64,000 nucleotides of DNA from an uncultured Solirubrobacterales bacterium (GTDB lineage Bacteria; Actinomycetota; Thermoleophilia; Solirubrobacterales; 70-9). Location: assembly GCA_963800285.1 (NCBI GenBank), contig CAWDAL010000013.1, positions 227,395 to 291,394 of the forward strand, given 5' to 3'. The position numbers were made by a program, and so were the translations under genes. Numbering within the stretch: position 1 is the stretch's first letter; each line of letters starts with the position of its first letter. The notes beneath the pieces are model-generated. The model did not search any database. It was not told the origin of the DNA and worked only from the letters and a program-made list of their open reading frames with translations. Shown piece by piece: positions 1-9,361 of the stretch.

Positions 1-2
1 AC

Positions 3-359
3 GTGGTCGGGACCGCGCAGTTCTCATCGACGGTGAACCTCTACTCGGATTCGGCCTGCCACACGCTGATCGGAAGCGGCACCTCCGACGAGTTCGCCTT
101 CCCGGGCATCCAGGTGCAGGTCCTCGACAACACGGCCACCGAGATCTATGCCAATGACGCTGTCGCCGGCATCAACTCGACCTGCACGCCGACGCCGCTC
201 ACCTATCTCCAGGAGACCCCGGCCGGGGTCCATGGGAAGGGCTTCAACCTGAAGGCGGCCAAGCGCCGCTGCAGGCGGAAGTTCCACGGCAAGGCGCGCC
301 GCAAGGCGCGCCACCGGTGCCTCAAGCGCGCGGTCAGCAAGTCGCGGAAGCTGGGCTAG
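3..359 (+). CDS. 3' end of a gene entering from upstream of the window; hypothetical (probably exported) protein ending in a polybasic Cys-containing tail
   Basis: Frame is open from the window edge, with strong G/C third-position bias and a stop at 357-359. Tail is KRRCRRKFHGKARRKARHRCLKRAVSKSRKLG. No family recognised. Confidence 0.45.
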   Translation: MVGTAQFSSTVNLYSDSACHTLIGSGTSDEFAFPGIQVQVLDNTATEIYANDAVAGINSTCTPTPLTYLQETPAGVHGKGFNLKAAKRRCRRKFHGKARRKARHRCLKRAVSKSRKLG

Positions 360-1366
360 TCCCTGGCTCCGGCGTGGGCCGGGGCGCTGCGGGCGCGGGC
401 CCGTGTCGCCAGCTCGGCCTCCATCGCCTGGTGGCGCTCGATCTCGTCGCCGTGTGAGGCCACCCGCCTCATCCACTCCTGCTCGGCGGGGTCGTGCTCA
501 ACCTCCTTGCGCAGGGCGATCTGGACGGCGAAGAGCGCGGCGATCGCCAGGCTCGCGCCGCCGACGACCCAGGGAACGAGGTCCGTGTTCGCCTTGTTCA
601 TGATCGTGATCCCGGCCCCGATCAGGACGACGCCGAGCGCGTAGCGCAGCGCCCCCTGCGGCCACTTCACGGAGAGGTTGGATCCCAGGATCACTCCCGG
701 CACGGAGCCGACCATGATGTTGGCGGCCAGCCCGAAGTCGACGTTGCCGCCGATGATGTGGGCGACCGACGCGGCCCAGAGCAGGATCGCCGCGTGCACG
801 ACGTCGGTGCCGACGACCCGCTTCGGGGTCAGGCGGTAGACGGCGATCAGCATGATCCCGATCAGCGTGCCGCTGCCGGCCGAGCTCAGGCCGATCACGA
901 ACCCGGTGGTCGCGCCGATGGCGACCGCGGCGACCTTGTGGCGGGTGTGCATCTCGAAGCTGTCGCGCTCCTCGATCTTCTTGGCGAGGAAGAGGCTGCG
1001 GAGCAGAGTCGCGGCGCCCACCACCAGCAGACACCCGGCGAGGATCGCGAAGATGGTCTCGTCGAGGTTTTCGCCGAGCTGGCGCTTCAGGTAGTCGAGG
1101 AACCAGACTCCGAGCAGGGCGGAGGGGACGCTGCCGATCGCCATCCAGTAGACGAGCGGCAGGTACACCGTCTTCAGCTTCAGGTGCCGCCACGTCCCTG
1201 CGCTCTTGGTCACCGCCGCGTAGAAGATGTCGGTGCCGATCGCGGTCGTCGGCTTGATCCCGAAGATCAGGACGAGCAGGGGCGTCATCAGGGAACCACC
1301 GCCCATCCCGGTCATTCCGACCAGGAAGCCCACGCCGAGACCGAAGAAGATGATTGCCGGATCCAT
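356..1366 (-). CDS. TauE/SafE (DUF81) family anion exporter-like membrane protein with a charged C-terminal extension
   Basis: N-terminus is MDPAIIFFGLGVGFLVGMTGMGGGSLMTPLL. Multiple Gly-rich TM helices are typical of TauE/SafE. Located next to the sulfate-assimilation genes. Confidence 0.85.
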   Translation of the reverse strand: MDPAIIFFGLGVGFLVGMTGMGGGSLMTPLLVLIFGIKPTTAIGTDIFYAAVTKSAGTWRHLKLKTVYLPLVYWMAIGSVPSALLGVWFLDYLKRQLGENLDETIFAILAGCLLVVGAATLLRSLFLAKKIEERDSFEMHTRHKVAAVAIGATTGFVIGLSSAGSGTLIGIMLIAVYRLTPKRVVGTDVVHAAILLWAASVAHIIGGNVDFGLAANIMVGSVPGVILGSNLSVKWPQGALRYALGVVLIGAGITIMNKANTDLVPWVVGGASLAIAALFAVQIALRKEVEHDPAEQEWMRRVASHGDEIERHQAMEAELATRARARSAPAHAGARD

Positions 1367-1593
1367 TGTCAGTCTGAGGAGGCGGCGCTTGGACGAGGCC
1401 GCTTTCCCACCTTGTTCCCTTTCTTGACCGAAAGAGTCCTAAACGAGGGCGGCACCATAGCGGAACCCCGCGTTTCCCCCTAATAGCTGGGGTTTCTAGT
1501 GACGAATGGCGCAATCGGCTGCGCCCTTCATGCGAGGTCGGCGTAAGCGCGACCCCCTATATGCCTATATGCAAGGAGCGGCCTGGGGGGCCG

Positions 1594-2049
1594 CTAGCGG
1601 GTGATCCGGGCGCCCTCGTCCCGGGTGAGCTCCAGGACGTCGGCCGGGATCTTTCCGTCGCGGAGGTCCGCGATCGTCACGTGCTCCAGGACCCGGCGCA
1701 GGGAGGCGCGGACCGCGATCCAGACCTCGCTGAGCTGCTCGGCGTTGCCCGGATAGCTGGTCTGCTCGGGTGCCTGGTCCTGGATGTTGGCAAGCGGTCC
1801 CTCGACCGCGCGGATCACGTTCGCAAGCGTGATCTGCTCCGGCGGCTTGGCGAGCCAGTAGCCGCCGCGGGCGCCGCGGCGCGCCCGCACCAGGCGAGCG
1901 TGCTTGAGCTCCAGCAGGATGTGCTCGAGGAACTGCAGCGGAATGTCCTGCGCCTCGGCGAGCTTCTCGCCCTTCACGGGCTCATCGCCGGCGGCGGCCA
2001 TCTCGACCGCGGCTCTGACTGCGTAGTCGGCTTTGGCGGAGATCCTCAT
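1594..2049 (-). CDS. Rrf2 family transcriptional regulator
   Basis: MRISAKADYAVRAAVEMAAAG...GGYWLAKPPEQITLANVIRAVEGP is the canonical Rrf2 wHTH N-terminus. Length is 151 aa. Confidence 0.85.
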   Translation of the reverse strand: MRISAKADYAVRAAVEMAAAGDEPVKGEKLAEAQDIPLQFLEHILLELKHARLVRARRGARGGYWLAKPPEQITLANVIRAVEGPLANIQDQAPEQTSYPGNAEQLSEVWIAVRASLRRVLEHVTIADLRDGKIPADVLELTRDEGARITR

Positions 2050-2063
2050 ATGCTCAACCGCCG

Positions 2064-2873
2064 ATGATGGATCTTCAGAGCCATTCCACGTACTCGGACG
2101 GCGAGCTGTCGCCCGCCGAGGTGGTCGCGGCCGCCGTGGAGGCGGGCGTCACGACCCTGGCGCTCACCGACCACGACGGAGTCGACGGAGTGGCCGAGGC
2201 GGCCGAGGCCGCGGGCGCGGCGGGCATCGTGCTCATCCCCGCGACCGAGATGTCGTGTGTGCACGGCTCGATCGATGACATGCACATGCTCGGCTACTGG
2301 GTGGACACGGGCGCCATCGCGTCGGCCTGCGAGCGAGCCCAGCGCGAGCGGGTCACCCGGGCCGAGGAGATCGTCGAGCGCCTCAACTCCCAGGGAGTGC
2401 CGGTCAGCTTCGAGGACGCGATCGCGGTGGCGGGCGACGCCTCGTCCGTCGGCCGGCCCCACATCGCAAAGGCCGCCGGCGTGAAGCCCGAGGGCATGAG
2501 CGCCTTCTTCGAGGAGTGGCTCGTGCCCGGCGCCAAGGCCTTCGTCTCCCGCCGCTGGCCGGACGCGGCGGAGGCCACCGAGATCATCCACGGCGCCGGA
2601 GGCTCCGCCGTCCTCGCCCATCCCTTCTGGGACATGGACGACCCCAACGAGGTCGCGGCGCTGATCGAAGACCTCGACCTCGACGGGGTCGAGTGCTTCT
2701 ACCCGGCGCATGACCGGGCGCAGACCAAGTTCCTGCTGGAGGTCTGCAGGGATCGAGGGCTTGCGGCGACCGCTTCCTCTGACTTTCACGGCCCCAACCA
2801 CAAGATGTTCGACTCCTTCTTGAGCTATCCGACGTATGACCTCGGCGAGCCCGAGCTGCCGCCCGCTCCCTAA
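2064..2873 (+). CDS. PHP-domain metal-dependent phosphoesterase (candidate 3',5'-bisphosphate nucleotidase)
   Basis: DLQSHSTYSDG...LALTDHD...VLAHP motifs of the PHP (polymerase/histidinol phosphatase) fold. Divergent from the Rrf2 gene and adjacent to cysC. Confidence 0.8.
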   Translation: MMDLQSHSTYSDGELSPAEVVAAAVEAGVTTLALTDHDGVDGVAEAAEAAGAAGIVLIPATEMSCVHGSIDDMHMLGYWVDTGAIASACERAQRERVTRAEEIVERLNSQGVPVSFEDAIAVAGDASSVGRPHIAKAAGVKPEGMSAFFEEWLVPGAKAFVSRRWPDAAEATEIIHGAGGSAVLAHPFWDMDDPNEVAALIEDLDLDGVECFYPAHDRAQTKFLLEVCRDRGLAATASSDFHGPNHKMFDSFLSYPTYDLGEPELPPAP

Positions 2874-2909
2874 CACGGGTTGCGCCTGGCGGCGCACCCT
2901 CGCGTCAAC

Positions 2910-3461
2910 TTAGGCAGGCTGCGCCGCCGGGATCAGCTGGCGCTCCTCGAGGAGGGCCAGGATCTTCGTGGCCGACTCCTCGGCGGACTCGTGCTCGGTG
3001 TCGAGGGTGAGCTCAGGATTGAGCGGCGGCTCATACGGGTCGGAGACGCCGGTGAACTCCTTGATCTCGCCCTTGAACGCCTTCTCGTAGAGGCCCTTCA
3101 CGTCGCGCTCGGCGCAGACCTCGACCGAGGCCTTGACGAAGACCTCGATGAAGCGGTCGCCCATCGTCTCGCGAGCCTCGTCGCGGATCTCGCGGTAGGG
3201 CGAGATCGCGGCCGTGATCACCGGGACGCCGTTGCGGGAGAGCAGGTCAGCCACGAAGGCGATCCGGCGGATGTTGGTATCGCGGTCCTCCTTCGAGAAA
3301 CCGAGCCCCTTGGAGAGGTTCTCGCGCACGACGTCGCCGTCGAGCACCTCGATCCGCGAGCCGCGGTCGCGCAGCTCGCTCTCCACGAGGTGGGAGATCG
3401 TCGTCTTGCCCGCGCCCGAAAGCCCGGTGAACCAGAGGGTGAAGCCCTTCTCGTCAGCCAT
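2910..3461 (-). CDS. cysC: adenylylsulfate (APS) kinase
   Basis: P-loop [11 protein letters not shown] and [11 protein letters not shown] motifs, 183 aa. Overlaps the sat stop by 8 nt, which suggests translational coupling. Confidence 0.92.
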   Translation of the reverse strand: MADEKGFTLWFTGLSGAGKTTISHLVESELRDRGSRIEVLDGDVVRENLSKGLGFSKEDRDTNIRRIAFVADLLSRNGVPVITAAISPYREIRDEARETMGDRFIEVFVKASVEVCAERDVKGLYEKAFKGEIKEFTGVSDPYEPPLNPELTLDTEHESAEESATKILALLEERQLIPAAQPA

Positions 3462-4539
3462 TTGACTGCTGCTCCTTTGCGTATTCGTCGATCAAGATCT
3501 GAGCCACCTCGGGGCGGCTGAACTCCTGCGGCGGCTTTTCGCCGTTGCCGAGCATCTCCCGCACCTTCGTGCCGGACAGGAACACGTGGTCGTCGGGGCC
3601 GTGCGGGCAGGTCTTGCCCGACGCCATCCCCTCGCACTTGTTGCACCAGAAGGTGTGCTCGAAGAAGAGGGGCTGGATGCCGAGCTTGTCGATGTCCAGG
3701 TCGTCGAAGATCTTCTGCGCGTCGTAGGTGCCGTAGTAGTCACCGACGCCGGCGTGGTCGCGGCCCACGATGAAGTGGGTGCAGCCGTAGTTCCGGCGGG
3801 CGATCGCGTGGAGGACCGCCTCGCGCGGGCCGGCGTAGTGCATCTTCGAGGGGAAGACGTTGAGGATCACCCGGTCGTCGGGGTAGTAGTCCTCCATCAG
3901 CACCTCGTAGCAGCGCATCCGCACCTCAGCCGGGATGTCGCCCGCCTTGGTCTTGCCGATCAGCGGGTGGATCATCAGACCGTCCGTGATCTCCAGAGCC
4001 GTCTTGGTGACGTGCTCGTGGGCGCGATGGATCGGGTTGCGGGTCTGGAAGGCGACGATGCGCTTCCAGCCGCGGTCCGCGAAGGCCTTCTTGGACTCCT
4101 CGGGGGAGAGATAGCGCTTGGTGAATGCCTCCTCGTGGTCGGGGAGCTCGTCGACCTCGTAGGTGCCGGCGATGCAGCGCGCGCCCTCCTCGAAGATGGC
4201 GGCGACGCCGGGATGCTCCTTGTCGCCGGTGCCGTAGACGTTCTCGGCCTCGGCGTCGAGGTCCCGCTCGAAGATCTCGGTGACGTTGAGCCGGCCCAGG
4301 GGCTTGCCCTCGTCGCTGGAGACCTCCACCGTGTCGCCCTCGGAGACGTCGAGGCCGGTCGCGAGGGTGATCGGGATCGGCCAGTACTCGCCGCTGGTGA
4401 GCGTCATGTTCTCCACGACGCTCTTCCAGTCCTCGGAGCCCTGGGGGCCGGTGAGCGGGGCGAAGCCGCCGTTGCCGATCATCTCGAAGTCGGCGGTCTG
4501 GCGGTCGGTCAGTTGGAGCTTGAGAGCGGTCTGGGTCAT
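3454..4539 (-). CDS. sat: sulfate adenylyltransferase (ATP sulfurylase)
   Basis: [12 protein letters not shown] and [11 protein letters not shown] signature motifs, 361 aa. Confidence 0.92.
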   Translation of the reverse strand: MTQTALKLQLTDRQTADFEMIGNGGFAPLTGPQGSEDWKSVVENMTLTSGEYWPIPITLATGLDVSEGDTVEVSSDEGKPLGRLNVTEIFERDLDAEAENVYGTGDKEHPGVAAIFEEGARCIAGTYEVDELPDHEEAFTKRYLSPEESKKAFADRGWKRIVAFQTRNPIHRAHEHVTKTALEITDGLMIHPLIGKTKAGDIPAEVRMRCYEVLMEDYYPDDRVILNVFPSKMHYAGPREAVLHAIARRNYGCTHFIVGRDHAGVGDYYGTYDAQKIFDDLDIDKLGIQPLFFEHTFWCNKCEGMASGKTCPHGPDDHVFLSGTKVREMLGNGEKPPQEFSRPEVAQILIDEYAKEQQSNG

Positions 4540-4608
4540 GGCGTCCTTGAGTGGATAAAGGTGATCAGGTCGGTCAGGAAGCGGGGAAGGGTAGCGAAGG
4601 TTGCCCTG

Positions 4609-5352
4609 CTACCCATGCAGTCCGCACTCGGTCTTGTCGAGGCCGGCCCAGCGGCCGGCGCGGTCATCCTCGCCGGCACCCGGCTTACGGGTGCAGTGGG
4701 TGCAGCCGATCGAGGGATAGCCCTGATCGTGCAGCGGGTTGTAGGGGATGTCGTGCTCGCTGATGTAGGACCAGACCTCCTTCTCGGACCAGTCCGCGAG
4801 CGGATTGAGCTTCCAGAGGCCGAAGCGGTTGTCCCAGCCGAACTTCGGCGCCCCGGCTCGGGTCTGTGCGTCGGAGCGGCGGATGCCCGAGACCCAGAGG
4901 TCGACGGCGGCGAGCGCCGAGCGCATCGGCTCGACCTTGCGGATCCCGCAGCACGCGTCCGGGTCGCGGCTCCAGAGCTCGTCTCCGTAGAGGCCCTTCT
5001 GCTGCTCGAGGGTGATCGAGCTGTAGCGGTGGAAGTTGATCCCGTAGCGCTCCTCGAGCCGGGTCTTGGTCTCGTAGGTCTCCGAGAAGAGCACATCGGT
5101 GTCCAGGTAGAAGAAGCGCGCATCGGGGTTGATCGAGTGCGCCATGTGGACCGTCACCGAGCTCGTCTTCTGAAACGAGCAGGCGATGTAAATCCGCGGG
5201 CTGAAGGTGTCGAGCGCCCAGCGGAGCGCCTCCTCGGCGCCGGCGCCCTCGAGGTCGGCGGCGATCTCCTCCGGATCGAAGCCGAGGGAGCCCAGGTCAG
5301 CCGTGGGGACCGACGCATGTTCGGTCGCGGGCGTCGCCACTAGACCGCGCAC
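4609..5352 (-). CDS. cysH: adenylyl-/phosphoadenylyl-sulfate reductase (thioredoxin-dependent), Fe-S type
   Basis: C-terminal KTECGLHG catalytic motif. CC...CxxC cluster ligands (DPDACCGIRK, GCTHCT) as in APS reductases. Overlaps the sir stop by 13 nt. Confidence 0.9.
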   Translation of the reverse strand: MRGLVATPATEHASVPTADLGSLGFDPEEIAADLEGAGAEEALRWALDTFSPRIYIACSFQKTSSVTVHMAHSINPDARFFYLDTDVLFSETYETKTRLEERYGINFHRYSSITLEQQKGLYGDELWSRDPDACCGIRKVEPMRSALAAVDLWVSGIRRSDAQTRAGAPKFGWDNRFGLWKLNPLADWSEKEVWSYISEHDIPYNPLHDQGYPSIGCTHCTRKPGAGEDDRAGRWAGLDKTECGLHG

Positions 5353-7266
5353 TCACCCTCGCCGCGCTCGACCTTGTAGGGCTCCGAGCGGTTCCAGTCG
5401 ATGAAGAAGAGGAGGTTGTCGGCGCTGAACTCGACCGGGAGCTTCAGGTCCGAGATCAGCTCCTCGAACTGGTCGAAGCCGGTGCGATCGACGAAGGAGT
5501 TGAAGTCCTCGCCGTCTTTGCGCTTCTCCTCGTAGTTCCGGATCCAGCGCTCGACCGCCTCGGGAACGCGCTTCGCCGGCAGCCGTGCCTTCAGCCGGTG
5601 GCCGAAGACGACGTCGCCGCCCTCGAAGTTGCCTGCGATGTGAGGGATGTATGCGGGAATGGTGTGCTCGCCGACCTTGATGGAGGCCCCATAGAAGCCG
5701 ATCGTGGCGATGTGGTGCTGTGAGCAGCCGTTGGGGCAGCCGCTCATCTTGATGTGGATCTGCTTGGTGAGCGGGTCGGTGATCTCCATCTCCTCGAGCC
5801 GCTTCTGGAGCTCGGCGTTCAGGCCCATCGAGGCGGTGATGCCGAGCTTGCAGCTGTCGGTGCCGGGGCAGCTGACCACGTCGGTGATGCCGAAGGCACC
5901 GGAATCGCCGAGGCCGAGGTCCTTCAGCCGGACCCAGATGTCGTAGAGGGACTCACGCCGGATCCAGCGCAGGACGACGTTCTGCTGGACCGTGGTGCGG
6001 GCGTAGCCGCCGGTGAAGTCACGCATGATCTGGGCCAGGCCCCGGAACTGCTCCGGGGTGAGGTCGCCGCGGGTGACCTTGACGGTCGCGGTGACGAAGC
6101 CCTCCTGGCGCTGAGGGCCGACGTTGGAGTCGACCCAGGCGTCGAACTCGGACCTGTCGCCGTTCGGAGAGCCGTAGCTCTCCGGCACGGCCGGGGCGTT
6201 GGCCTCCTCGTCATGGACGAAGAGCAGGTGGTCGATGCAGAAGTCGCGCTCGTCGACCCAGTCGCCGCGGAGCTCCTCGTCGACCAGCTCGCGGAAGGCG
6301 TCCATGCCGATCTTGTCGACCAGCACCTTGATCCGGGCGCGCATGCGGTTCTCGCGCAGCCACTCCTGGCGATCGAAGATGCGCAGCGCGGCCTCGGTGA
6401 CCTTCAGGTAGTCGCCGTTGTCGAGCTCGACGAACTCGTAGAGGGTGGGGGCGACGCGGGGCTGGATGGAGGTGCCGCCGCCGATCTTGACCTCGACTCC
6501 GCGCACCTCCCTGCCGTCGACCTCCTTCACCCTTGGGATGAAGCCGACGTCGTGGATCTCGGTGATCGCGCGGTCGGCGTCGCTGGCGCTGAAGGCCGTC
6601 TTCACCTTGCGGGGCATCAGCTGCGTGGTCGGGTGGCGGACGAAGTAGCGCGCGTACGCCGCGGCGTAGGGGCGTGATGTCGAACGGCTCGTCGTCCGCG
6701 ACGCCGGCCCAGGGGTCGCCCGTGACGTTGCGCATCGTGTTGCCGCAGCCCTCTCGCGAGGAGAGCCCGGCCTGGCTGATCTGCCGGATGAACTCCGCGG
6801 CGTCCGCCAGCGGCACGTGGTGGATCTGGATGTTCTGGCGCGTCGTGATGTGGCCCTTGTTGAGCGGCGCCATCTCCTCGACCGCGTCCGCGAAGGCCTC
6901 CATCTGCTCCGGGCTGACGCCGCCGTACGGAAGCTTCACGCGGATCATCTGCACGTCGGGCTGGCGCTGGCCGTAGACGCCCTGCTTGAGGCGGAAGCCG
7001 ATGAACTGCTCCTCGGTCTGCTCGCCTCGCAGGAAGCTGGCGGCCTCGGTGTCGAAGTCGTCGAACTCGCGCTCGAGGATCGGGATCACATGCCCCGGGA
7101 CGTCGTCGTAGACCTCCGGGTTCTCGAGCGAACCGACCTTCCCCTTGCCGTGCTGCTTCTTGCCCGGGTCCTGCTTGAGGGTCGAGGGGTCGGCGAGCTT
7201 CTTGGCCGGCACGGGTGTGCCGTTGGTGGACTTGGCGCCCCTCGCGGGGGCGGAGACAGGCTCCAT
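5340..7266 (-). pseudogene. sir: ferredoxin-type sulfite reductase (NirA/Sir family); frame broken by one extra nucleotide in a G4/C4 run at 6669-6672
   Basis: The N-part ends ...GCGNTMRNVTGDPWAGVADDEPFDITP. The next frame continues YAAAYARYFVRHPTTQLMPRKVKTAFS.... Siroheme/4Fe-4S Cys motifs SCPGTDSCKLG and SGCPNGCSQH are present. ACG CCC C TAC becomes T-P-Y if one C is removed. Confidence 0.85.
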
Positions 7267-7466
7267 GGAACAGGCTTCCTTTCGTCGACGTAGCCTTGCC
7301 CGGCGTGTAAGGCGAGCCCAATCTAGCAAACCTGATCGAATTTAAGGTGATTATCCCGGGGCGGCTGCGCGTGGATGACTGCGCATCGGCTCGCTCAGCA
7401 GCCTCGCCGAGCAGTTTTCGCGCCGTTCGTCTCCTGGCCCGGCTCCCCGCGGGCGCGGAGCCGTAC

Positions 7467-8354
7467 CTAGCCCTTCTTGCGCTTCTTCCGCAGCTTGATG
7501 TTCTCGTGCTGCGTCGCGAGGGTTCCGCCGGTGGGCGTGAACCGGACGTTGAAGCCGACCCGGGCCTTGCCCTTCTTGTCGAGCTTCCTGCGGACGTTCG
7601 CCTTTGGCTTGATCACCAGCTGCACCTCGCCCGGCGCCGAGACCGTCGGCGGTCCGACGACCTTGATCCCCTTGTGCGTGTAGAGGAGCGTCCCGGGGTT
7701 GGGGACGGTCATCGTCACGATCGCCTTCCCCTTCTTCTTGTTCTTCTTCACCTTCCCGAAGGTGATCGCGTTGGCGGGCTCGATCGTGGCCTGGACGAGG
7801 GCCTCGCGAGCGCCGTCCGTGCCTTCGACGTGCCGCGGGGCGCCATCGGCGAGCGGGGGCAAGTTCCAGTAGCCCATCGTCGCGCCCGGGTTGACTCCGA
7901 GCACGAGGTTGGCGTTCGGGCTCTGCAACCCCACGGTGTCACCCAGCGCGATCGGAACCAAGGTGAGAATGGGCGGCGTCGCCTCGGGCGGCGAAACCGG
8001 GGTGTAGTTGCTCGGAGCGCTGCCTCCGGTCCCAATGAAGGTGCCGGCGCCGGCTGGGCGCAGGATCCGGAGCTGGATACCGACCGCGGTGTTGCCGGCT
8101 CCGAAGCGCCAGCTCGTCACCGTGCCGTTGACCGGGGAGACCAGTCCGCCCGCCGCGACGTTCGCAGCGGGCATGCCGATGTTGACGACGGTGCACGGGA
8201 CCGTGCATTCGCCCGCGCTCCCGTTGTTGTCGCTGGCGGGCGTCGACAGGTTGCTCCCGATCGTCACCGACGCCTGGGCCGTGCCGGCGAAGAGAAGCCC
8301 TGTGACCGCGATGGCGGCCACCATTGCGAGGTGTTTTCTCCTCCCCTGCTTCAT
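7467..8354 (-). CDS. exported hypothetical protein with Lys-rich C-terminus
   Basis: Signal peptide MKQGRRKHLAMVAAIAVTGLLFAGTAQA. High GC3. Ends ...NIKLRKKRKKG. No family recognised. Confidence 0.6.
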   Translation of the reverse strand: MKQGRRKHLAMVAAIAVTGLLFAGTAQASVTIGSNLSTPASDNNGSAGECTVPCTVVNIGMPAANVAAGGLVSPVNGTVTSWRFGAGNTAVGIQLRILRPAGAGTFIGTGGSAPSNYTPVSPPEATPPILTLVPIALGDTVGLQSPNANLVLGVNPGATMGYWNLPPLADGAPRHVEGTDGAREALVQATIEPANAITFGKVKKNKKKGKAIVTMTVPNPGTLLYTHKGIKVVGPPTVSAPGEVQLVIKPKANVRRKLDKKGKARVGFNVRFTPTGGTLATQHENIKLRKKRKKG

Positions 8355-8413
8355 CTCGATGACCCTAAACCCACCGGCAGTCGACTTGTTGCTGTGATCG
8401 CGAGAATCGGCGG

Positions 8414-9361
8414 ATGACCCAGATTCCGGTGATCTCCGGCCAGGCTGTGCTCGAGGCGATCGATCCGCTGACCGCGATCGATCGCACCCGCGAGGCCTTC
8501 GAGCGCTACGCGCGCGGCGATTGGGAGATGCCCGCGAAGGTCTATCTCGACAGCCCGCCGTATGGCGACTTCAGGGCAATGCCGGCCCGCGGCGACGGGA
8601 TGGCCCTGCTCAAGTGGGTGACCTCGTTTCCGGGCAACAGCTCGAAGGGCCTGCCGGTGGTCCGCGGCGAGGTGCTCCTCTCCGACGCCGAGACGGGAGA
8701 GGAGCTCGCCGTGATCGAGTGCTCGTCGGTCACCTCCCTGCGGACCGGAGCGGCGGCGGCCGTATCGGCTCAGGTGCTGGCCCTGGACGACGCGAGCTCG
8801 GTCGGCATCGTCGGCTGCGGCGTGAACGGCGCCTGGTCCGCGCGGTGCCTCGCCGCCGCCGGCTACGAGGAGGGTGTCTGCGCCGACGTCCGCCCCGAGA
8901 TCGCGAGCGCGCTGGCCGAGGAGCTCGGCTGGCGGGTCGGCGACCGGGCGGAGGCGGCCGCCCAGGACGTGGTGGTGACCGTCACGCCGGGGAACGAGCC
9001 GGTGATCCTGGCGGGCGAGCTCTCGCCCGGCCAGCACCTCGCCGTGCTCGGCGCCGACGCTCACGGAAAGCAGGAGGTCCAGCTCGACGCGATCAGCCGC
9101 TGCACCCTGTTCTGCGACGAGTGGGAGCAGGCGAGCGCCGGCGGCGAGCTCGCGAACGGCGTCGAGGCGGGGACCATCTCGCGCGCCGACGTCACTCAGA
9201 TCGGGGAGGTGCTGACCGGGGAGTCGACCTGGACGCGTTCCGACGGCGAGATCACCCTGTTCGACTCGACCGGGCTCGCGATCCAGGATCTGGCCATCTG
9301 CCGGGCGGTCTACGAGCGCTGGCGAGAGGGCGACGTCGAGGCCGCGATGGTCATCCTCTGA
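8414..9361 (+). CDS. ornithine cyclodeaminase / mu-crystallin family protein
   Basis: DFRAMPA...LLKWVTSFPGN and Rossmann GIVGCGVNGAW motifs typical of the OCD/mu-crystallin family, 315 aa. Confidence 0.85.
   Translation: MTQIPVISGQAVLEAIDPLTAIDRTREAFERYARGDWEMPAKVYLDSPPYGDFRAMPARGDGMALLKWVTSFPGNSSKGLPVVRGEVLLSDAETGEELAVIECSSVTSLRTGAAAAVSAQVLALDDASSVGIVGCGVNGAWSARCLAAAGYEEGVCADVRPEIASALAEELGWRVGDRAEAAAQDVVVTVTPGNEPVILAGELSPGQHLAVLGADAHGKQEVQLDAISRCTLFCDEWEQASAGGELANGVEAGTISRADVTQIGEVLTGESTWTRSDGEITLFDSTGLAIQDLAICRAVYERWREGDVEAAMVIL

Noticed and set aside
356-359. Convergent genes sharing a CTAG tetranucleotide as overlapping stop codons (356-359 and 20874-20877), and other convergent 3' overlaps (9351-9361, 34375-34388, 54659-54753).
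   Set aside because: This is a compact-genome feature and a by-product of rare stops at high GC. The 95-nt HxlR/permease overlap is probably read-through of an uncertain C-terminus rather than a functional element.
494-1483. Long ORFs antisense to, or out of frame with, well-supported genes. Examples are 494..1483, 3586..5343, 10719..12080, 17019..18212, 36674..39367, 44164..45651, 47844..49976, 49973..50640 and 57669..59639.
   Set aside because: Their translations are Arg/Ala/Gly/Pro-rich nonsense with no motifs. They overlap genes with clear family signatures. Such shadow ORFs are expected at ~70% GC because stop codons are rare.
1367-1593. 227-nt leader upstream of the TauE gene (minus strand) as a possible SAM or other sulfur-related riboswitch. 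It also has a tandem CCTATATG x2 (1556-1571) and a GCGGCC-tgggg-GGCCGC hairpin at the Rrf2 stop (1578-1594).
   Set aside because: I could not recognise any conserved riboswitch core (SAM-I, SAM-II or SAM-IV). The hairpin has only a 6-bp stem and no U-tract. This is worth a covariance-model scan but is unsupported by eye.
7441-7462. GGCTCC…GGAGCC hairpin just after the stop of gene 7467..8354, considered as a terminator.
   Set aside because: The stem is short and imperfect with no U-tract. It is plausible as an actinobacterial-type terminator but too weak to list as a feature.
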